From positions 11,160,001 to 11,224,000 of the forward strand of contig OZ231126.1 in NCBI GenBank assembly GCA_965153355.1: a stretch of DNA of 64,000 bases, read 5' to 3'. The stretch's first letter is position 1. Each line of letters starts with the position of its first letter. Origin of the DNA: Flaccisagitta enflata. Its lineage: Eukaryota. The position numbers and the translations under genes are program-made. The notes beneath the pieces were generated by a model. The model made no database searches. It was not told the origin of the DNA and saw only the letters and a program-made list of their open reading frames with translations. This document shows, piece after piece, positions 58,301-64,000 of this stretch.

Positions 58301-61300
58301 TTTCTCCGATGGTAACTTGCCGTAATCATCATTTCTTTAAGGGAAGGTAAAGCATAAAAATAAAGAAAATCGCAGATTCTGTTTTGAACTGCAGAAAAGA
58401 TGACCGCGCAGAGAACGATCTTTTATACACTGTCATCGTTTAAGTATATTAGGCTAGTTTGTATGAAAATGGAAAATGGCTTCAATTTCTTTTTACAAAT
58501 AATATTATGAATAGCTTATGAAGGGATTTCCGTATGAAAATGATAATTGACATGATACAAAATTTTCGTTACCCTATACTACTTAAACCGGAGGAAGGTA
58601 TTTAAGTGTTTTAATTTCATTTGCCAAACTTGATACTTGAAATGTAAGTTATTCAATCGTTGCTTTTATCCCTGATTTTTTTTGTTGCTATGGAAACCAA
58701 GAATTTTTTTTTTTTTGAACATTTACAACTACTAGAATATCACTATTTTGACAAAGATTATCAGAACATTGCTTAGAATCAAATAACTTTCAGATTATGT
58801 TTCAGCAACAGTATGTGCTAGGAAATATTGTTCGCTGTTGCTAGGGAGCATCACAGCAGCAACCTAGTTGATGCCCCTAGCAACAGCCAAACGAGCAATA
58901 TTCTTACAGAACATACTGTGGGAAAATTTTAGCAAATTTAATTCTGAGCAATGTTCCCTAATAATATTTGTCAAAATATTGATATTCTAGTAATTATAAA
59001 TGTTTGAAAAAATGTTTGTGGTTTCCATAGCAACCGAAAAACTCAGGGAAAAAAGTGTTGATTGAATAACTTATATTTCAATTATCAAATTTGTAAAATG
59101 AAATTAAGACACTTAAATACCTTCCTCCAGTTTAGGCTGTTATTCCACGAACCCCGCTGTACGATGACTGATGAACGAAAGTTGAATCCTAGAACTCATT
59201 TTACTTTGAGCCACTATGGCGAACTGCCGTTGAATCCCAGGACTCAAGCCACTATGAGCCCTCTTACAGAGTTGGCCTGATGTTGGTGTATGTAATTGGA
59301 AATGAATTGGTCAGTGACCAATCTGGTATTCATTACAGATGGCAATCGCCCTCAAGGGGCCAGGAGTGCTTTTTTTCTTTCCCTACGAGTAGCACATATT
59401 TTCCAGTGAGATCTTCCGACTTGTCTAAATATCATTTTCTTATGGAATAGGCCAGTCACCATGGGTCAAAGTATTTAGTGTCGCGGATGGTTGGGCAGGG
59501 GCGAATAAGCCTTCCCTTTTTCAGCACAAACACATATTTTCACTCACAATAATTGACAGACCAAAAGATGAAATGACCCATGGTAGCCACCGGGCGCGGG
59601 ATTGATTAGACTGCATTAATTTTTTGTCAACCAAAACTTTGATATTCCGGTAAGTGTCTGGAATTTTTTTCTAAGACCCAAAATCGGAGATGGGATTGAA
59701 TGCCGTTTACCTTATCGATTTTCTCCTTGCGGCTCATTGCGGCACACCTTTCAAAGGTCGTCTTTTCATATGCAAATTAGTCTGAGCTACTAATTTGCAA
59801 AAGCATATCTATCTTAGAGACTTCCAAATTTCATGAAATTTTAGGTGATGGTGGTAGATGTTGTTTGCAAGTTACGGCCTGAATTTCAACCCAAAATTTG
59901 CATTTCTAATGGAGAATAATGACAATTTTAGTGGTAACAAAAATAAAAAGGCCAATTAACGTTTTATATAGTGCAATTAAACATATTTGCTAACATCCCT
60001 TTGAGAAAAAATCGCTTGATAACCTCCTGCTAGATGCATATAAGTACAAAGCAACTAAAAAAATTAAATAAAATATTTTTTTGATTTTTGACTACTCCAT
60101 ACTACCCATGGACGGACTGACAAAGCCTCTCATAGCCAGTCATAGAGTTGCTAGTCCACGATTAAAAAGAAAATAAGCCCATCCAGGCAACTCGATGCGT
60201 CATCTGCCTGATTTTCAAACAGGCCTAGTGAAGACCGTCATTCAGATGGACATACAAATAGACCTTATGAATGCGAGGATGTATCTAACAAGGCCGGATA
60301 CACGGCTAACCAAGTCGTGTGCGGGTGGGCAGGGGCAGTGATGAAATTGACCAACCAAGCAGTTTGGCAGGAGCAGTAACCCCAAAACCGCCCGTAAATG
60401 CCAAAAAAAGCTCAGCGTGACTGACCAAGCAACGGATGGACCGACCGACGGACAGAGCGGGTTGTAGAGTCGCGTGCACGCGACTAAAAACCAAAAGCTT
60501 ACCAATGGGTTTGAATGGAAGAAAACGTGATTTCATATACTTTCCCATTGTAAAAAAAAACTAAGAGGCGTGTTAGGTCCTTCCATATATTGAAAATGAT
60601 GTAAGGAGCTAATTTGCATATTGCAGTAACAAGGTTTCTTAGTGCATATATAACAACCTAATGTCATTTTCAAAATGTAACTCCATTATGCGTTGTATCT
60701 CTTAAGTTTAACAATGAAAATTTTGATTTTATTGATAGATTCAATTACGTCACCTTGTTAAACATTGATGAAGATTCTTATCAAAATCAACTTCAATGTT
60801 TTTAAGTAAGCATTTTATATCCGAGCCAATTAATCATCAAGGAATATCGAGAAACAGTATAATACAACCTTCTGGATTACCTTCCGGGGGCTTTTTTAGA
60901 TGGCGGGGGACCTATCCCGCCCAGAAGCTATTGACGTATAGTGAAGGTGTAAGGCTCGTGGTGCTGAGCCGATGTAATCGTAAGAGGTTGAAGGGAATAA
61001 AGGTGTAAAGCTAAATCGGGATGGACTTCAAGTTAAGTGGGAACAAAAGGGAACCATATTTTTTGTTTTTCCCTTTTCTCACTCTTCTTTTTCTTTTGCT
61101 TTTTCTTTCTTCCTCTTCCTTCTTTTTCTTTTTCTTTTTCTTTTTCTTTTTCTTTTTCTTTTTCTTCTTCTTTTTTTTCTTTTTCTTCTTCTTCCTTATC
61201 CTTCCGAGTAGCGGCGCTACTCGCTACTCCATAAAAAGTACGCCTGCAAGGGGCCTTCAATAATTCAAACCATTTCGATGAAAACCATCCGGTTGTAACT

Positions 61301-61523
61301 TTGAAATTACGGCATGATGTCTTTGATGAGAAGATGGAGAACGCTGACCTAATCTTTTCGACCAAAGAAAAAAAAGAAGTTGAAAGCCTACCTCATCAGC
61401 GTAATCGTTGGCATTTCCACTGTGGACATCGACGATTCCTTCAATTCCATCACCAGCAGTTTGAGGCCGTGCTGAGGCCAAACTCAAACACACCAACAAA
61501 AAGACGCAAACTGAGGATCTCAT
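55110..61523 (-). CDS. Secreted group-7 mite allergen (Der p 7/Lep d 7)-like lipid-binding protein, 5 exons, 233 aa
   Basis: Exons 61523-61392, 57910-57750, 55876-55702, 55559-55380 and 55163-55110 have GT-AG introns with compatible phases (0,2,0,0). The joined protein starts with a signal peptide (MRSSVCVFLLVCLSLASA) and continues ...NANDYADEILKNLRVAIKNTGLDPLMLP..FEFSKKVLG..GSAKVYDGFLKGLSSIHRTG...GVNDLTGNYKASAKFMNVGP...ILNFILNKFNNFVINIIKD...VILQEILN..*. The 'GLDP', 'G.L.GLS.I.R.G' and amphipathic C-terminal helix pattern matches the group-7 allergen family as I know it. Confidence 0.88.
56140..56825. repeat. 9-bp (ATGTCTCTT)n minisatellite followed by a G-rich (GGGAGGCGTGGGGGGAGGGGT)-like array
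   Basis: Direct observation. Both arrays lie between the HINE ends at 55962 and 56965. Confidence 0.9.
57543..57746. mobile_element. pogo-type MITE at the exon-2 donor of the allergen-like gene
   Basis: TA|CAGTTAA ... TTAACTG|TA. The right end resembles the pogo-like ends at 42785-42821 and 23015-23088. Confidence 0.65.
58584..59134. mobile_element. Foldback MITE, ~270-bp arms, in intron 1 of the allergen-like gene
   Basis: TAAACCGGAGGAAGGTATTTAAGTGT ... ACACTTAAATACCTTCCTCCAGTTTA; the arms pair inward to GCTGTTGCTAGGG / CCCTAGCAACAGC. Confidence 0.85.
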
Positions 61524-61660
61524 CTTTCTCGTTGGTTGTGTGAAAATTCGACGGGATTTGAAATGGATGTCAACAGTTTAAACAGATTAAAAGTATAATT
61601 CTTTTTTTTAAAAAAAGATTATACAAGCCGCGAAAATCCATTTTCGTGTTCAAGCCATCG

Positions 61661-61668
61661 TTTTTATA
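61661..61668 (-). promoter_or_regulatory. Candidate TATA box of the group-7 allergen-like gene
   Basis: TATAAAAA on the minus strand about 140 bp upstream of the ATG at 61523. Supported by position only. Confidence 0.35.
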
Positions 61669-62583
61669 TGAGTAATAAGCCGTATTTAATGGGGCTGAAG
61701 ATCGTGATCGACTTCAAATGTGACCCCATTAATAACAAGTTATGAGCACTTAACTAGGCTGATCAGATGTGAGGTTCTCATGAAACAGAACACCGAGAGC
61801 GTGAAGATCGCTAGTTTGTTAGTGTTACCGAGAGTTTCTATATGCGTCGACGCATTTGTAGAAGCGGGTTTGCCTTTCTGTCCCTTCGTCCTTACATACA
61901 TTCTTCCTTCCCTTCTTCCGTCCTCCCGTCCTTCCGTCCACCCGTCCACTTGATCTTTTAGAAATGACTATCATTTAAAGCCAAATGGTCTCTTTAAAGT
62001 TGCTACTTATCAGTTACTACTTAGACTGGGGATTGGGGACGCAGCTGACAAAGTGGGAGGCGTTTATTTAGGTTTTTGGGCGGGTTACGCTCTTTAAAAT
62101 AAATGAGTTCTGAGGCCTTTGTTTAAAAAGATTTTCGGGTCCTACTCCTGTTGGCGACGTTGTGTATCAACTCTATATCGACCAACGATTACCGAAAACA
62201 AAAGACATAGACTCAGAGAAAAAGTTTAACGGTAACTTCAATCGAATGATATGCACTGACGGGCACCAGGGCTACTTAGCAAGTTAGCATGATTCGGGAA
62301 CATGCCTGAGATGCCCTGTGAGGGCTCAAAGTCGCCCTACTATCTTGGAATAAAAATCTTTCCTCCCGTTTTAACAAATATCTCTGGTGTTATACACCCA
62401 ATCTTAAAAAAATCGGTGACGGAATTTAAGCCCTTCAAATTTGCAAGTGAGCTATGCAAACCGCATCTTTCCTGGTATGTCGTTTCTTAAAAGGGGCCCC
62501 AAATCTGGCCCCATATCTTGATGCTGGATCTGGTTTTGAGCGATGACATATCACCATCTTTCTAACTTAAAGCGTTTAAAAGT

Positions 62584-62915
62584 CACCGTATTTCCTGCAT
62601 TTATCGCCCCCCCCCCCTTTTGAAGAAAGAAAGAGCTCATGACAGACTTTTATTTTTTAAACAAATCTGTTCAAATTTATTGTAAATCATGTTGTTCAAT
62701 GAAATAAAAAATATAAGAATGGTATGCGATATAAAAATATTCTTTGTTTTAGTGCTTTATTGCATTGAAATATGAAATTTTTGTCTAAAACATTACGTTT
62801 CCTTTAAAATCATCTATACATGAGTGTACGAGAGGCGCTAATTGCAGGTTGAAAATGACAATGTTTCACTTGAATTTCAAAAGCGCCCGGGGCGCTAATT
62901 ACAGGAAATACGGTG
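62584..62915. mobile_element. MITE with CCGTATTTCCTG termini
   Basis: CACCGTATTTCCTG..CGCCCC / GGGGCG..CAGGAAATACGGTG inverted ends. Confidence 0.7.
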
Positions 62916-64000
62916 AACTGTAAATGAAATCTTTCAATTTAGCTTTTGCCATTTCTACACAATCTTCTTACAAATCACTTCACTTTTTTTTTAAATTACT
63001 ACTAAACGAGCTGGGCTAGACAGATGCGGTTTGCGAAGACTGCTTGCAAATTCAAAGGGCTTCATTTATGTCACCTACTGTTCAATAATTTGTAGAGTCT
63101 GTTTAGAGCTTCAAGTCTAAACTTAGCAAAAGAAGAGATCAAGAAAATGGCGTGAGTGGTCTGGTCTATATATTTTAAATTATTATGCACTCATGTTTAT
63201 ATCAATAAATGAACTTATTTTCAAAAAGGAAAGATTTTTTTTCCAAGATAGTATTAAGCCATAACTCTGGTTACTCAGGCTCTTATTCAGCCTTTGAATT
63301 TGCAAATTTACCCTCAAATCAGTCCCTAATATACCTGATATTTGCGCTCTAAGCAATCAAAACAGCCCTTAGATGTTCCCTCGTCTAGCCGGCTGGATAT
63401 ACAACCCTGTATTTTACAGGTCATCGGTCCTAAGAGGCTGATGCTGCTCCACTTCTTCAGCTAATGTGTTTTGTTTTGTGGCTTAAGTTTATACTCGTGC
63501 CATGGGATGGGATGGGATGTGGGTGGGTTTGAACTTAGGATTACGTGTGGTGTTAGAGAAGGAGTTGGGCTTAGAGGTGGTGTAGTGTAATGGATTAAGT
63601 TAAGAGTATGGCAGAGTGAAGGATTAAGTTACGGCAGAGTTGGGCTTCCGGTTGTGGTTTTGATTTCGTGCCCTCCCCCCCCCCCAAAAAAAAAAGTCAG
63701 GGGTGTACATAATTGAGTGGCTTTTGATATTTCCCCCCCCCCCTGCCTTTGATTTTCTTTCCCGCGCTGCATCGCGTCGCGTTACGAAATCTATGATTTT
63801 CTTCCCGATAAAGCAATAAAACAGTGTATGTAAGGTTTAAATAGTGTTAAATTGTGTTTTACTAATCAAGTTTCATGACATGGTACTGCCAAAAGTTATA
63901 TTTTCCCCAAATTTTCTATTTTTTATTTTTTTCCCCTTCCTTTCCCTTCCCCATCTCCAAACCCTTTGATTTCCCCCCCCCCCCCCCCCGCCGGGGCGGG

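Overview
This is repeat-rich eukaryotic DNA, probably from an arthropod (inferred from the gene content). Most of the ORF track is microsatellite read-through and does not code. What the sequence supports: (1) A complete 5-exon minus-strand gene (61523->55110, 233 aa) for a secreted group-7 mite-allergen (Der p 7)-like lipid-binding protein. (2) A many-exon minus-strand gene of unknown family (about 22.5 kb -> 7.3 kb), traced as three phase-compatible exon chains with an acidic tract, duplicated micro-exons and a coiled coil. (3) A 12.6-kb LTR retroelement (40240-52821) with two near-identical LTRs, a 4-bp ATTC TSD and PBS/PPT-like signals. It has no recognisable gag/pol, but carries one intronless ~455-codon reading frame for a putatively N-myristoylated F-box + beta-propeller-like protein, broken by a single in-frame TGA. 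This is the most interesting object in the window. (4) A five-level transposon nest inside that element: LTR > hAT > TA-MITE > pogo/Tigger remnant > HINE. (5) Many Helentron-associated (HINE/DINE-1-like) short elements, TA-flanked Tc1/mariner-type MITEs, foldbacks and L2/CR1-type LINE 3' ends. No rRNA, tRNA or CRISPR was found. All family assignments come from motifs recognised by eye, not from database searches.
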